From NCBI RefSeq assembly GCF_009914755.1, contig NC_060929.1: DNA of 64,000 bases; one strand, 5' to 3'. Below, in pieces: positions 27,412 through 40,759 of the stretch. This stretch comes from the human T2T-CHM13v2.0 reference genome, Homo sapiens. How positions within the stretch are numbered: position 1 is the stretch's first letter; each line of letters starts with the position of its first letter. The position numbers and the translations under genes are program-made. A model generated the notes under the pieces. That model was not told where the DNA came from and did not search any database. It saw nothing but the letters and a program-made list of their open reading frames with translations.

Positions 27412-27890
27412 AAGAAAATGTAACATGGCTTTATCTACTTGTGGATATCTTCATTTCGTAGGTCTTAAAAAAGACTTAGTTGTTGCTTTGATAGATATGT
27501 AATTGATTGATGATATAAATTGATTAAATTGATTCCCTGAATTTATTTTGGTGTAAAAAGTAAGGTACGCATCTATTTTTTCTAGCAGCTGCTTTCAGTT
27601 TACTACAGTTCCCTTCCACTTTCAACTGTCTTACCTTAGAGAGCTTCACTTGTGTTACTTGTTTGGCACCCTAATAGACATTTGAGTTTATAACACCTGG
27701 ACTATTGGACAAATGGCTGGACAATGCAATTAGCAATCTTACTGGTAGTCCACTTGCTATGAGAGGTGGTGTGGTTTCAGCACAGGAAGCAAAGTCCTCT
27801 GAATAAGACCTATATAGCTATGCACATGCTTTCAACTGGGAGAGCCCTTTAGGAGCCAGCACATGGCTAGTGTTGCTGGGGTTACCTTAC

Positions 27891-28007
27891 CTGGGGGCTT
27901 CTAACTTCTGGCTTGATTCATCTCCCTCCTTCTTTTAGATGATGTGTCTACATCACCGGTAGGCAATGTAAGGAAAGCAAGTAAGATTCGTATCAATACA
28001 AGACAAC
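27891..28007 (-). ncRNA. Candidate 117-nt non-coding exon
   Basis: Minus-strand TTTTAGCTTTGCTTTTTATTAG|G acceptor and CAG|GTAAGG donor; stops in all three frames. Confidence 0.3.
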
Positions 28008-28689
28008 CTAATAAAAAGCAAAGCTAAAATTGAAGCCTGGGAATAGGCTTCTGCATTTACATTAAATATGTGATAATTTTGGTGCAAATTGACATGGTTG
28101 TTCTAAGACAGACACATCTTAAAGTATGCCTTGTACTCAGAAGATGTGCAGTAGACAAATTTTAGAGGTGTGAGTTCTGGGCCTTCCTCTACTAGGGTAC
28201 CTTGTGCCTCTTTGAATAAGCTTGTCTCTGACACTTCGCTTATTGGCCTATTCTATGTAGAGATGGTTTAGACCAGAATCTAGATCTAGGATCTAAAGTT
28301 CTTTGAACAACAGATGTCTTTGAAATACACGTAATTTAATATAAACTTTCAGAGCATTCACAGGCTCCCTGATGTCCATCTATTCATTTCTATACATGAC
28401 TGTCCAACGCTTGCCTTTATACACATTCTAAGTTTCACTTATTTTTTCTTGTGTCACTGTCACAGAGACAACATTTAACAGTGCTTAGCGGCTGCACATT
28501 AAAGATATTTTTCAATCTTCTATTCCTTGAGAGAGTAATAACCAAACAGTCTTGTAGAGGATATTCATGGCCCTGGCATCTGATATTAGGGCACAAACAC
28601 CTTCCACTTACAGAGCAAATATGCCAGATACTCACTTTCCTAGCACCTTTGCAGCTAGGGCCTGAATCTCAGTTTTGTTTCTGCCCTGG

Positions 28690-29055
28690 ATTTAGAATTG
28701 GAAACTGGTAACACAAAGGAGCAAGACCACTCGCAAGATGTCCTGGCGAACGTGGCCACAGTGACAACATCTCCCATCTGCCTCCGGAGGCTGCAGTGGT
28801 GGCTGTTTTGATAGCAGTGCCCAGTGTGCATTAGAGATGTTAGCTGTACAGTCTGCAGCATGTGGGCCCAATTCCAGGGACCGTGGTCTCTTTGAGGGAG
28901 AGGTTTACTGTGGCATTTTGAGCATTGTCCTTGGCTGATTCTCTGGCCCAACTCAAGATTCTGCAAGTTACCAATATCCTTTCATAAATTCCTTTTCTGC
29001 TTAAATTAGCTACAAGCGGTTTCTATTGCTTACAACTGAAAAGCTGGGTGACACA
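28690..29055 (+). mobile_element. LTR33-like ERVL LTR
   Basis: 3' end ATAAATTCCTTTTCTGCTTAAATTAGC...GGTTTCTATTGCTTACAAC...TGACACA. Confidence 0.55.
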
Positions 29056-29910
29056 AACATCACCCTTCTTAAATGGATACAATGACAGAAATTATTTTTC
29101 AAAAAAGTACTTCTTGAAAAGTTAGCTGTCACGGTAATTTGGGAGAAGGGGAACAGAATGCTGAAATGTACAACTTAATGTAACTATTTTACTCTACTTC
29201 CCTTTAGCACCTTAAGAAACTGGCAAAAGTAACAGCAACAAGGATAATATTAAATAATGAGAAATCCCTTGAGCGATTCTTCCACTATTCCATCAGTTAC
29301 TTTGACGGATTTAATGATGCATTTATTTATGCTTCATCAAGCAGTTGGAATTTGTCAACAAAACAGTATGCATAAGTCATACGTACTTTTTTGAATGCCT
29401 ATTATGTGTCATTATCACTGCTAGATGTTGGGGCTGATTCATAGAAGAAAGAGATTGGTTTTCCCTTTGAAGTAAGCAAGAAAGTTTAACATAATGCTGT
29501 AAGTGTTACAAGAGTGCAGCAGGAAGAAACAACAAGTTCAGCCTATTTTGGGTAATCAGAGAAAAATGTTTATCATCTGGGTTGTACTTTTTTCAATAGA
29601 CTGAAGTGTGGTCAGGTTGTGTCTCTGAGAGTGTGTGAGGTTTCCAAGGCAATAAATAGTGGGAAATGGAATTTTATCTTTGTTATTCTAAAAAGCCACT
29701 GTAATGTTTGTGCAAAGTTTTCTTAGTGCTCCCTAAGTTTTCCTGTTCCAAAGGGACTAAAGAATTTTTGTTTAGGCTCTAGCAAGCCTAAATTCTGTTG
29801 GATTTGATTGTTGTGCCCTCCCAAAGAAGTGGCATGAGTCCCAACAATTTGGAAATGTTCAGCCTGTTTTGTTTTGTGCACCACTGCCTTGATCCATGGT
29901 AAGAACTTAC

Positions 29911-30096
29911 CTGGAAAGCAGGTGTTCGCTCAGGTCTGATGGGGCTATAGGACAGATTTGATAAGGCTACTGATGGGACAGAAGCTCTGCTGTCACAGGA
30001 GGCTTGCATAAATCTTGCTGCTTTGAGGGGTTGAGGGAAGCTGTGTGTAGGGAGAGAAGGCAGTTAGTTCGCCAGCAGTTCTGTCACCAGGGCCAC
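29911..30096 (-). ncRNA. Candidate 186-nt exon
   Basis: Minus-strand CCTGCTTCCTTCTTTAG|GTG acceptor and perfect CAG|GTAAGT donor in non-repetitive sequence; no frame is open end to end. Confidence 0.4.
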
Positions 30097-30384
30097 CTAA
30101 AGAAGGAAGCAGGCATTTGCGGTAATAAGGTGAAATGTTTATAGTCTTGTTTCTGACCATAACCACATTGAAAGCTTTTCCTGGAGAATCAAGCAGAAAA
30201 CTTCTCAGGCCTCAATCCTCATCTCCTGTATTTCCCATGCCAAATATTGCTTCAATTTTTCAGGAATGACTTTACTCTACTATGAAAAAAAAAATCCCAA
30301 GGAAATAAGAGAAACTTGTGAACAAAACCTGCAACAAGGGATCCTGCTGCTAAGAGAGTTAAAAAGAAAATACAACTGTTCTGA

Positions 30385-30965
<581 letters not shown>

Positions 30966-31056
30966 TAGAGAAAAGTATGAAGAATGAAGAAAAAACTCCC
31001 CAAAGTCCACCACCGAAAGATAACCATAGAATACAATTTATTCCAGTTATTCAACA

Positions 31057-31495
31057 TTTTTAACAGATTTATTGAAGTATGATTAACATACAATGAACTG
31101 CAATATTTAAAATGTATAATTTGATAAGTTTGACTTGTGTGTATGCCTGTGAAACTATCACATCACCACAATCAAGATAATGAGCAGATCATAAACCTCT
31201 CCCCGCAAATCCTCATATCCCTTTGTAAGCGCTCCCTCTGGTCCCCATCCCCAGGCAAACACTGATCTGCCTTCTCCCACTATAGATTAGGTTGCATTTT
31301 CTATAATTTTATATAAATGGATTTATAGAATATGTATTTCTTTTTGTCTAGCTTCTTTCACTCAGTGTAAGTTTTTGAGATTCATCGACACTGATAACCT
31401 ATACCAATAGCTTATTTCTTTTTATTGCTGAGTAGTATTCTGTTGAATAATTATACAATTTATTTATCTATTCATCTATTAGTGGATATTTGGCT
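31057..31495 (-). mobile_element. L1MD/MB-type 3' end
   Basis: TTTTTAACAGATTTATTGAAGTAT...CATCACCACAATCAAGATAATG...GCTGAGTAGTATTC. Confidence 0.75.
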
Positions 31496-31496
31496 T

Positions 31497-32184
31497 TGTG
31501 ATGTTTTTTTCCAACACCAACAAGCAATTCTTCAGTTCTCAGACACCAACTTGATGTCCAAAAATTCAATTCAATTCTGACACTAATTACCTAGGGTTAG
31601 CACAGATCCTACAGGTTAAGAACTCATCCTACAAGACTGCTGCCACTTCAGACTCCAGCTACAAATGAGGTCCTCAGGCAACTACATTTCTGCCAGACTG
31701 ACTACAAGTTCAGGGATTCTCACAACCCCCCTTCCAAGTCCTGTAATTTGTTAGAACAACTCACAGAATTCAGGAAAGCACTTACGGTTACCAATTTATT
31801 ATAAAGGGAACAACTCAGAAACAGCCACACGGAAGAGGTGAGTAGGGCAAGGGGTGGGAGCGGTGGGCAGAGCCACCCTCCCAGCACCTCAGTGTGCTCA
31901 CCAACTAGGAAGCTCTCCAAACTCCTGTTGTTTAGGGGTTTCTAATGGAGGTTTTATGATGCAGAAATAGTTGATTAAATCATTGGCTGTTGGCAATTGA
32001 ACTCAATTTCCAGTCCCCTCTTCTCCCAAGAGGTTGGCGTGTTGGGAAGGGAGAGACTGAAAGTTGCAACCCTGTAATCATGTGTTGGTCTTTCTGGTAA
32101 CCAGTCTCATCCTGAAGCTATCTAGGGGCCTCACGATGAGTCACTTCATTCGCATAAACTCAGGTAATGTGGAGAGGGACTTGT
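31497..32184 (-). mobile_element. MER21 (B/C-like) ERVL LTR, truncated on the right
   Basis: CAACACCAACAAGCAATTC...AATTCAATTCAATTCTGACACTA...CAAGACTGCTGCCACTTCAGA...AGAACAACTCACAGAATTCAGGAAA; minus-strand AATAAA at 31795-31800. Confidence 0.8.
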
Positions 32185-35152
32185 ATTTTTTTTTTTTAAT
32201 TTCTTAATTTTTTAAAAACTTTTCTTTTAGGTTCAGGGGTGCGTGTGCAGGTTTGTTATATAGGAAAACTTCTGTCACATGGGTTTGTTGAACAAATTAT
32301 TTTGTCACCCAGGTATTAAGCCTAGTACCCAATTGTCATTTTTTTCTGCCCCTCTCCCTCCTCCAAAACTCCACCCTCAGGTAAGCCCCAGTGTGTGTTG
32401 TTCCCCTCTATGCATCCATGTGTTCTCACAACTTAGCTCCCACTTATAAGTGAGAACATGTGGTATTTGGTTTTCTGTTCCTGTGTTAGTTTGCTAAGGA
32501 TAATGGCCTCCAGCTCCAACCATGTTCCTGCAAAGGATGTAATCTTGTTCTTTTTTATGGCTGCATAGTATTCCATGGTTATATGTGCACACTCTCTTTA
32601 TCTAGCCTACCGTTGAAGGGCATTTAGGTTGATTCTATAGCTTTGCTATTGTAAATAGTACTGCAATGAACATATGAGTGCATGTGTCTTTATGATAGAA
32701 TGATTTATATTCCTTTGGGTATATACCCAGTAATGGGATTGCTGGGTCGAATGGCAGTTCTGTTTTTAGGTCTTTAAGGAATCGCCACACTGCTTTCCAC
32801 AATAGTTCAACTAATTTACACTCCCACCAATAGTGTGTAAATGTCCCCTTTTCTCCATAACCTTGCAAGCAACTGTTATTTTTTGACTTTTTAATAATAC
32901 CCCTTCTGATCTGTGTGAGATGGTATCTCATTGTGGTTTTGATTTGCATTTTTTTCATATGCTTGTTGGCAGCATGTATGTCTTCTTTTGAAAAGTGTCT
33001 GCTCATGTCCTTTGCCCACTTTTTAATGGGGCTGTTTGTTTCTTGTAAATTTGTTTAAGTTCTTTATAGATGCTGGATATTAGGTCTCTCTGAGATACAT
33101 AGTTTGCAAATGTTTTCTCTCATTCTGTAGGTTGTCTGTTTACTTTTTTGATAGTTTCTATGGCTATGCTGACACTCTTAAGTTTAATTAGATCCCATTT
33201 GTTAATTTTTGCTTTTGCTTAAATTGCTTTTGGCATTTTTGATATGAAATCTTTGCCCATTCCTATGTCCAGAATGAAATTTCCTAGGTTATTGTTCAGG
33301 GTTTTTATAGTTTTGGGTTTTACGTTTAAGTCTTTTAATCCAGCTTCAGTTGATTTTTGTATATGGTATAAGGAAGGGGTCAAGTTTCAATCTCTGCATA
33401 TGGCTAGACAGTTATCTCAGCACCATTTATTGAACAGGAAGTCCTTTCCTCATTGCTTGTTTTTATCAGCTTTGTCAAAGATCAGATAGTTGTAGGTGTG
33501 TGGCCTTATTTCTGGGCTCCCTATTCTATTCTATTGGTCTGTGTGTCTGTTTTTGTGCCAGTACCATGCTGTTTTGGTTTCTGTAGCCCTATAGTATAGC
33601 CTGAAGTCAGGTAGTGTGATGCCTCTTGCTTTGGTCTTTCTGCTTAGGATTGCTATGGCTATAAGGGCTATTTTTGGTTCCATCTTAATTTTAAAACAGT
33701 TTTTTCTAGTTTTTGTGAACAAAGTAAATGGTAGTTTGATAGGAATAGTGTTGAATCTGTAGACTGCTTTAGGCAGTATGGTCATTTTAACAATATTGAT
33801 TCTTCCTATGCATGAGCATGAAATGGTTTTCCATTTGTTTGTGTCATCTCTCATTTCTTTCAACAGTATTTTATAATTCTCATAATAGAGATCTTTCATC
33901 TCTCTGGTTAGCTGTATTCCTAGGTATTTTATTCTTTTCATGGCAATTGTGAGTGGGATTGTTTTCCTGATTTGGCTCTCTGCTTGGCTGTTGTTGGTGT
34001 ATAGGAATGCTAATGACTTTTGTACTTTGATTTTGTATCCTAAAGTTTTGCTGAAGGTGTTTATCAGCTGAAGGAGCTTTTGGATTGAGACTGTGGGGTT
34101 ATCTAGATATAGAATCATGTCGTCTGCAAACAGAGATAGTTTGACTTCCCTTCTTTCTATTTGGATGCCCTTTATTTCTTTCTCTTGCCTGATTCCTCTG
34201 GTCAGGACTTCTGATACTATGTTGAATAGGACTAATGAGAGAGGGCATCCTTCTTTTGTGCTGATTTTCAAGAGGAATGCTTCCAGCTTTTGCTCATTCA
34301 GTATGATGTTGGCTGTTGGTTTGTCATAGATGGCACTTATTATTTTGAGGTATGTCCCTTCAGTACCAAGTTTATTGAGAGTTTTTAACATGAAATTATG
34401 TTGAAGTTTATCAAAATCCTTTTCTGCATCTATTGAGATAATCATATGGATTTTGTCTTTAATTATCTTCATGTGATGAATCATATTTATTGATTTGCAT
34501 ATAGTGAACTAACCTTGCATCCCACGGATAAAGCCTATTTGATCATGGTCGATAAGCTTTTTGATGTGCTGCTGAATTTGGTTTGCCAGTATTTTGTTAA
34601 GAATTTTTGCATGGATGTTCATCAAGGATATTGGCCTGAAGTTTTCTTTTTTTATTGTGTCTCTGCCAGATTTTGTATCAGGATGATGCTGGCCTCACAG
34701 AATGAGTTAGAAAGGAGTCCTTCCTCCTCAACTTTTTGGAATAGTTTCAGTAGGAATGGTACCAGCTCTTCTTTGTACATCTGGTAGCATTAGGCTGTGA
34801 ATCTGTCTGGTCCTGGACTTTTTTTTTGGTAGGCTATTTACTACTGATTCAATTTCAGAGCTCACTCTTGGTCTGTTCAGGGATTCAGTTTCTTCCTGGT
34901 TCAGTCTTGGGAGGCTGTATGTGTCCAGGAATTCATCCATTTCTTCTAAATTTTCTAGTTTGTGTGCATATGGGTGTTTATTATAGTCTCTGATGGTTAT
35001 TTGTATTTTTGTAGGGTCAGTGGTAATATTTCTTTTGTCATTTCTAATTGTGCTTATTTGGGGTCTTCTTTCTTTTCTTCTTTATTAGTCTAGCTAGTGG
35101 TCTCTCTTATCAATTTTTTTCAAAAAACCAGCTCCTGGATTTGTTGATCTTT

Positions 35153-35449
35153 CTAATTTTGTTTTTCAGTTGTGGCAGGCAGTGGTTGAGACAGAGTCTC
35201 TGTCACCCAGGATGGAGTACAGTGATACAATCTCAGATCACTGGAATCTCTGCCTCCCAGATTCAAGTGATTCTCATGCCTCAGCCTCCTGAGAAGCTGG
35301 GATTACAGACATGCACCACCATGCCTGGCTAATTTTTGTATTTTTAATAGAGACAGGGTTTCACCATGTTGCCCAGGCTGGTCTTGTACTCCTGACCTCA
35401 AGTGATCCACCCACCTTGGCCTCCTAAACTTCTGGGATTACAGGCGTGA
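35153..35449 (-). mobile_element. 5'-clipped Alu with an atypical tail, inside L1 ORF2
   Basis: Alu body 35186-35449 lacks the first ~15 nt; the tail contains CAGTTGTGGCAGGCAGTGG; no TSD. Confidence 0.85.
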
Positions 35450-35768
35450 ATGGTTTTTTGTGTCTCAATCTCCTTAAGTTCAGCTCTGAGTTCAGTTATT
35501 TCTTGTCATTTGCTTGCTTTGGTTTGCTCTTGCTTCTCTCGTTCTTTTTGTTATGATGTTAGGTCATTAATTTGCAATCTTTCTAATTTTTTGATGTGTG
35601 CATTTAGTGCTATAAATTTCCCTCTTAACACTGTCTGAGCTGTGTCCCAGAGATTCTGGTATGTTGTATCTTTATTCTCCTTAGTTTCAAAGAACTTCTT
35701 GATTTCTGCCTTAATTTCATTATTTACCCAAAAATCATTCAGGACTGGGTTATTCAATTTCCATGTAA

Positions 35769-36096
<328 letters not shown>

Positions 36097-36860
36097 TTGA
36101 GCTATTTTCTTCATCTTGATTTCTATTTGAATTGCACTGTGGTCCAAGAGAGTGGTTGGTATGATTTCAGTTCTCTTGCATTTGCTGAGGATTGTTTTAT
36201 GTCTGATTATGTGGTTGATTTTAGAGTATGTGCCATGTGGTTATGAGAAGAATGTATATTCTTTTGGTTTTGGGTGGAGGGTTCAGTAGATGTCTATCAG
36301 GTCCATTTGGTCCAGCGTTGAGTTCAGTTCCTGAATATCTTTGTGAATTTTCTGCTTCAGTGATCTGTCCGATACTGTCAGTGGGATGTTGAAGTCTGTC
36401 ACTGTTATTATGTGGGAATCTAAGTCTCTTTGAAGGTCTTTAAGAACTTGCTTTATGAATGTAAGTGCTACTGTGTTGAGTGCATATATATTTAGGATAG
36501 TTAGGTCTTCCTGTTGAATTGAACACTTTACCACCATGTAATGCCCTTCTTTGCCGTTTTTTGATCTTTGTTGGTTTAAAGTCTGTTTTCTCTGAAATTA
36601 AGATTGCAACCCCTGCTTCTTTCTGTTTTTTATTTACTTGGTTGATTTTTCTCCATCTCTTTATTTTGAATCTGTGGGTGTCATTGCATGTGAGATGGGT
36701 TTTTGAAGACAGCATACCAATGGGTCTTTCTTCTTTATCCAGCTTGCCACTCTGTGCCTTTTAATTGGGGCATTTAGCTTGTTTGCATTCAAGGTTAGTA
36801 TTGATATTTGTGGATTTGAACTGTCATTGTGTTGTTAGCTGTATATTATGCCAACTTGTT

Positions 36861-37913
36861 TTATAGCATTACTGGTCTGTGTACTTCAGTGTATTTTTGT
36901 AGTGGTTGGTAACAGTCTTTCTTTTCCATATTTAGTGCTTCCTTCAGGACATCTTGCAAGGCTAATCTGGTGGTAATGAATTCCCTAAGCATTTGCTTGT
37001 CTGACAATAATCTTATTCCTCCTTCACTTATGAAGCTTAATTTGGCTGGATATGAAATTCTTAGTTGGAATTTCTTTTCTTTAATAATGTTGAATATTGG
37101 CCCCCAATCTCTTCTGGCTTGTAGGGTTTCTGCTGAGAGGTCCACTGTCAGCCTGATGAGCCTCCGTTTTTAGGTGACCTGACCTTTCTCTCTAGCTGCC
37201 TTTAATGTTTTTTTCTTTCCTTTTGAACTGGAGAATCTGATGATTTGTGTCTTGGAGATACTCTTTTGAAGCATTTTGTGGGGGTTCTCTGCATTTCCTG
37301 AATTTGAATGTTGGTCTCTTTAACTAGGTTGGGGAAGTTGTCATCGATATCCTGAAATATGTTTTTTAAATTATTTCCATTCTCCTCATCTCTTTCAGGG
37401 ATGCCAGTGAGTTGTAGATTCAGTCTCTACATAATCCCAAATTTCTTGGAGGTTTTGTTTATTCCTTTTCATTCTTTTCTCTTTATTCTTGTCTAACTGT
37501 CTTATTTCAGAAAGCCAGTCTTCAAGCTCTGAGATTCTTTCCTCAGCTTGGTCTATTCTGTTATTAATATCTGCAATTGCATTATTAAATTCTTCTAGTG
37601 TGTTTTTCAGCCCTATCAGATTGGTTACATTCTTTTTTATACTGGCTATTTTGTCTGCCAGCTCCTGTATCATTTTATTGTGATTCCTAGCTTCCTCAGA
37701 TTGGGTTTCAATGTTCTTCTGAATCTCTATAATCTTCACTCCTATCCATACTCTGAATTCTATTTCTGTCATTTCAGCCATCTCAGCCCGCTTAAGAATC
37801 CTTGCTGGAGAGGTAGTGTAGTCACTGGGAGAAAAGAAGACACTCTGGCTTTTTGAGTTGTCAGAGTTCTTGTGCTGGTTCTTTCTCATCTTTGTGGGCC
37901 AATCTTCCTTCAA
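36861..37913 (-). pseudogene. L1 ORF1 remnant
   Basis: Coiled coil RIDQAEERISELED (37395-37913) and C-terminal DLSAETLQARRDW...ISYPAKLSF (36861-37145). Confidence 0.9.
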
Positions 37914-39141
37914 TCTTTGAAGGTGCTGTCCTTTGGATATTTTTTTTCTTTTATCCTACTTGATGACATTGGAGGCTTGATTGTGATATAAGGTGAGTTC
38001 AGTCAACTGGTCTCATTTCTGGAAGATTTTAAGGGGCCCAGGCTCAGCATAGGATTCCTGGACTGCATGCCGTTACTCTGGGGGACTGGTATCAGGGCCT
38101 GGCTTTTATCTCTGGCTCCTCAAGGTTAGGAACATGCTGCACTGGAGGGGTCAAAGTGCTTCCAAACTGAATGGCTATTCGCAACATCCATGCCAATGGA
38201 TGGTGACAAGCAAAGCACTTCATAGGGTGATGGCATCAGGATCTGTCCTTGTTCACATGTGCCAGCAGCAGTGGCAGCAGAAAAGTGGTAAGATGCATGC
38301 TCATCAGCTGTGGCTGGGTGCTAGTGGGTGCTGGGTTGCTGGCTTCCATGAGGGTGTTCACAGCAGCTGCAGGGCAGCACGGCTGGGTGGGGATGCCATT
38401 AGCAACTGTGCACGTGTTCACAGTTGTGGTGGTGTTAGCATAGGGGTGGGGTGCTGGTGGGCACAAGACTGTGTGCACCCTCTGTGAGCATTCCCACAGG
38501 CAGCAGTGGCTGGGTCCACTGTTCTCCATGACTCGTTTTGCACCAGTGGCAGTGTTGGCTCAGGGACAGGTGCTGGCAGGCATGGGGCTGGTGGGCTCCA
38601 TGCCCACCAAAGTTCTGATGACAGTGGTGGTGTGGCCAGAGGATTGGGATAGTGGGAGGTGGATGGGGGGAGGGGGAGGGGGGAGGAAGAAAGGTATGGT
38701 CACACCAGCAGGATGCACGTGCACATGCACACTGGTTGGGAAGGGAAGACAAGGTCGCCCCAGGTGTACGCATACCAGCAAAAGGATGGTGCAGGGAGGT
38801 CATGGGCAAGTGCATGCAGGCAAAGTGGCACAGGGGGAGGCTGCATCGGGGGCAGCACAGGTGAGCTGGTGCATGTTCATGGGGCTCACTCTGCTGGAGC
38901 ACTCTGCCGGTCAGGTGGTCCATCAGCACAGGAGCTATGATGCAGGCCCCCAAGGCACCAGAGGCTGCCTTGCAAGCAGGCACATCCAGGCTGGGTCCCA
39001 GAAGAGGCCAGCAGACCAAGGGGTGCTCAGGTCAAAATTGCCCCGTCTCATGGGCAAAACCTCCCTGCAGAGTTCAGGTCCAACAATTCCCCCAAAGCTA
39101 AAATATCTTATAGGAATAAGTCGAGCCTAGAGAGATGGGCA

Positions 39142-39570
39142 TCTTGATATCAGGTAGTGATAGTCTCCACATCTGTTCTTTCTCAAAGTTGTTTTAGCTG
39201 TTCTGGGTGGTTCTTTGCATTTCCATATGAATTTTTGGATCTGCTTGTCAATTTCTATAAAGAAGTCAACTGGGATTTTGACAGCATTGCATTGAATCTG
39301 TGGGTAAATTTGGGAAGTATTGTCATTTTAACAATATTGTCTTCTCACCTATGAACATGTAACACATTTTCGTTCATTTACTCCTTATTTCAAAAATGTT
39401 TTGCAGTTTTCAGTGCACAAACCTTGCATTTCTGTTGTTAAATTTACTCCTAAGTGTTTTATTCTTTTTATTCTATTGTATAAAAATATATAAAAATATA
39501 AAAATACAACTGGTTCTGTAATTGGTCTTGTATCCTGCAACCTTGTGGAAATTTCTTATGACCTCCAATA

Positions 39571-39606
<36 letters not shown>

Positions 39607-39912
39607 TTTTTAGGATTTTCTATATACAAGATTGTACCATCTGTGAATAGAGGCAATTTTACCTCTTCCTTTCTGATCTGGATAACTGTTATCCCATTTT
39701 CTTGCCTAATTGCCCTGCTTAGATTCTCTGGTACAGTGTTGAATAGAAGCAGTGAGAGCAGATACCCTTGTCTTGTTTCTGATCTTAGAGGAAAAGCACT
39801 CAGTCTTTCACCATTACATGTGATACTAGCTGTGGGTTTCTCATAGATGCCCTTTATTAGGTAGAAAAGGTTCCCATCTGTTTTTATTCTCTTGAGTTTT
39901 TTAAATCATGAA
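39142..39912 (-). mobile_element. L1MD/MB-type ORF2 fragment (probable continuation of 31057-31495)
   Basis: Antisense ORF2 (PLFTDGTILYIENPK); contains (TG)16 at 39572-39604. Confidence 0.7.
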
Positions 39913-40039
39913 AAAGTGTTAGACCATTAATTGATCTTTAAAGATTAAACCAGCAGGATTTTTTGTAGATTCTGTATAGACAAGCTGTTTTTAAAATTTA
40001 TATGGAAGAGCAAATGAGCTAGAATAGCTAAAACATATT

Positions 40040-40748
40040 CACCATGGTCAGCCTAGGCCAAGTCATCATCACCTGTCATGTGGATTATTTCCAGTCTCCT
40101 CCAACTAGTCTCTCTATGACCACCCTTGCCACCTTATAGATTAGTCTTACAGGCAGAGTGACTCTCATTGTACCTAAGCCAAATTCTGTTTCTCTCTTCA
40201 GTAATCTCCCACCTCACTCAGAATAAAACCTAACATTCATACAAAGGACCAGATATCCAGTGTCACTTGCCACCTTTCTACCTCTCCCACCTTATCTTCT
40301 CCTACTTTTTCCCATGCTTACTCTGCTCAAGCTACGCTGGTCTCTTTACTAAACTCAAATATATAAAGGATACTCCTGACACAGGGCTTTCGTTAGCTCT
40401 TCCCTCTGCCTGGAATTTTCTTCCTCAAGATACCCATATGTTTCATTCCTTCATTTCATCAAGCCTCAGCTCAAATGTCGTATTCTCAGAGAAGGTTTTC
40501 CTGCTCACTCAATAAAATAGTAATCTTCACTTCTGTCACTTCTGCTATGTTTCTTACTCTAATGTGTTTTTTTTAGTAGTTCTTGCTCCCACTCAACAAA
40601 TTCAATATTTATATTATCACTTGTTCTTTTTCTACCTCTTCTTCTTAGATATTAGCTTTAAGAGAGCAGAGACATTATCTGCTATATCCCAGAATATTCA
40701 ACAGTCCTTGGCATTATAATAGATGCCCAGTAAATATTTGTTGACTAA
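40040..40748 (+). mobile_element. L2a-like 3' fragment
   Basis: CCAAGTCATCATCACCTG...CCCTCTGCCTGGAAT...CTCAGCTCAAATGTC...TAAATATTTGTTGA. Confidence 0.75.
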
Positions 40749-40759
40749 GGGAATGCTTC

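Noticed and set aside
27939-27980. Plus-strand 42-nt exon-like segment (CTTCTTTTAG|ATG...CAA|GTAAGA)
   Set aside because: It is isolated, overlaps the minus-strand candidate and has no coding support. It also shows that splice-like pairs occur by chance.
29905-29914. ACTTACCTGG resembles the U1 snRNA 5' end
   Set aside because: The downstream sequence does not continue as U1. It is simply the complement of a consensus splice donor.
38134-39130. Several long overlapping ORFs (up to 219 aa)
   Set aside because: They lie in the GC-rich L1 5'UTR, are open on both strands and show no recognisable domain, which points to a compositional artefact.
39945-40040. Short plus-strand L1 piece next to an antisense L1M (twin-priming inversion?)
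   Set aside because: It covers the same ORF2 region as 39190-39285 and is diverged from it, so it is more likely an independent fragment.
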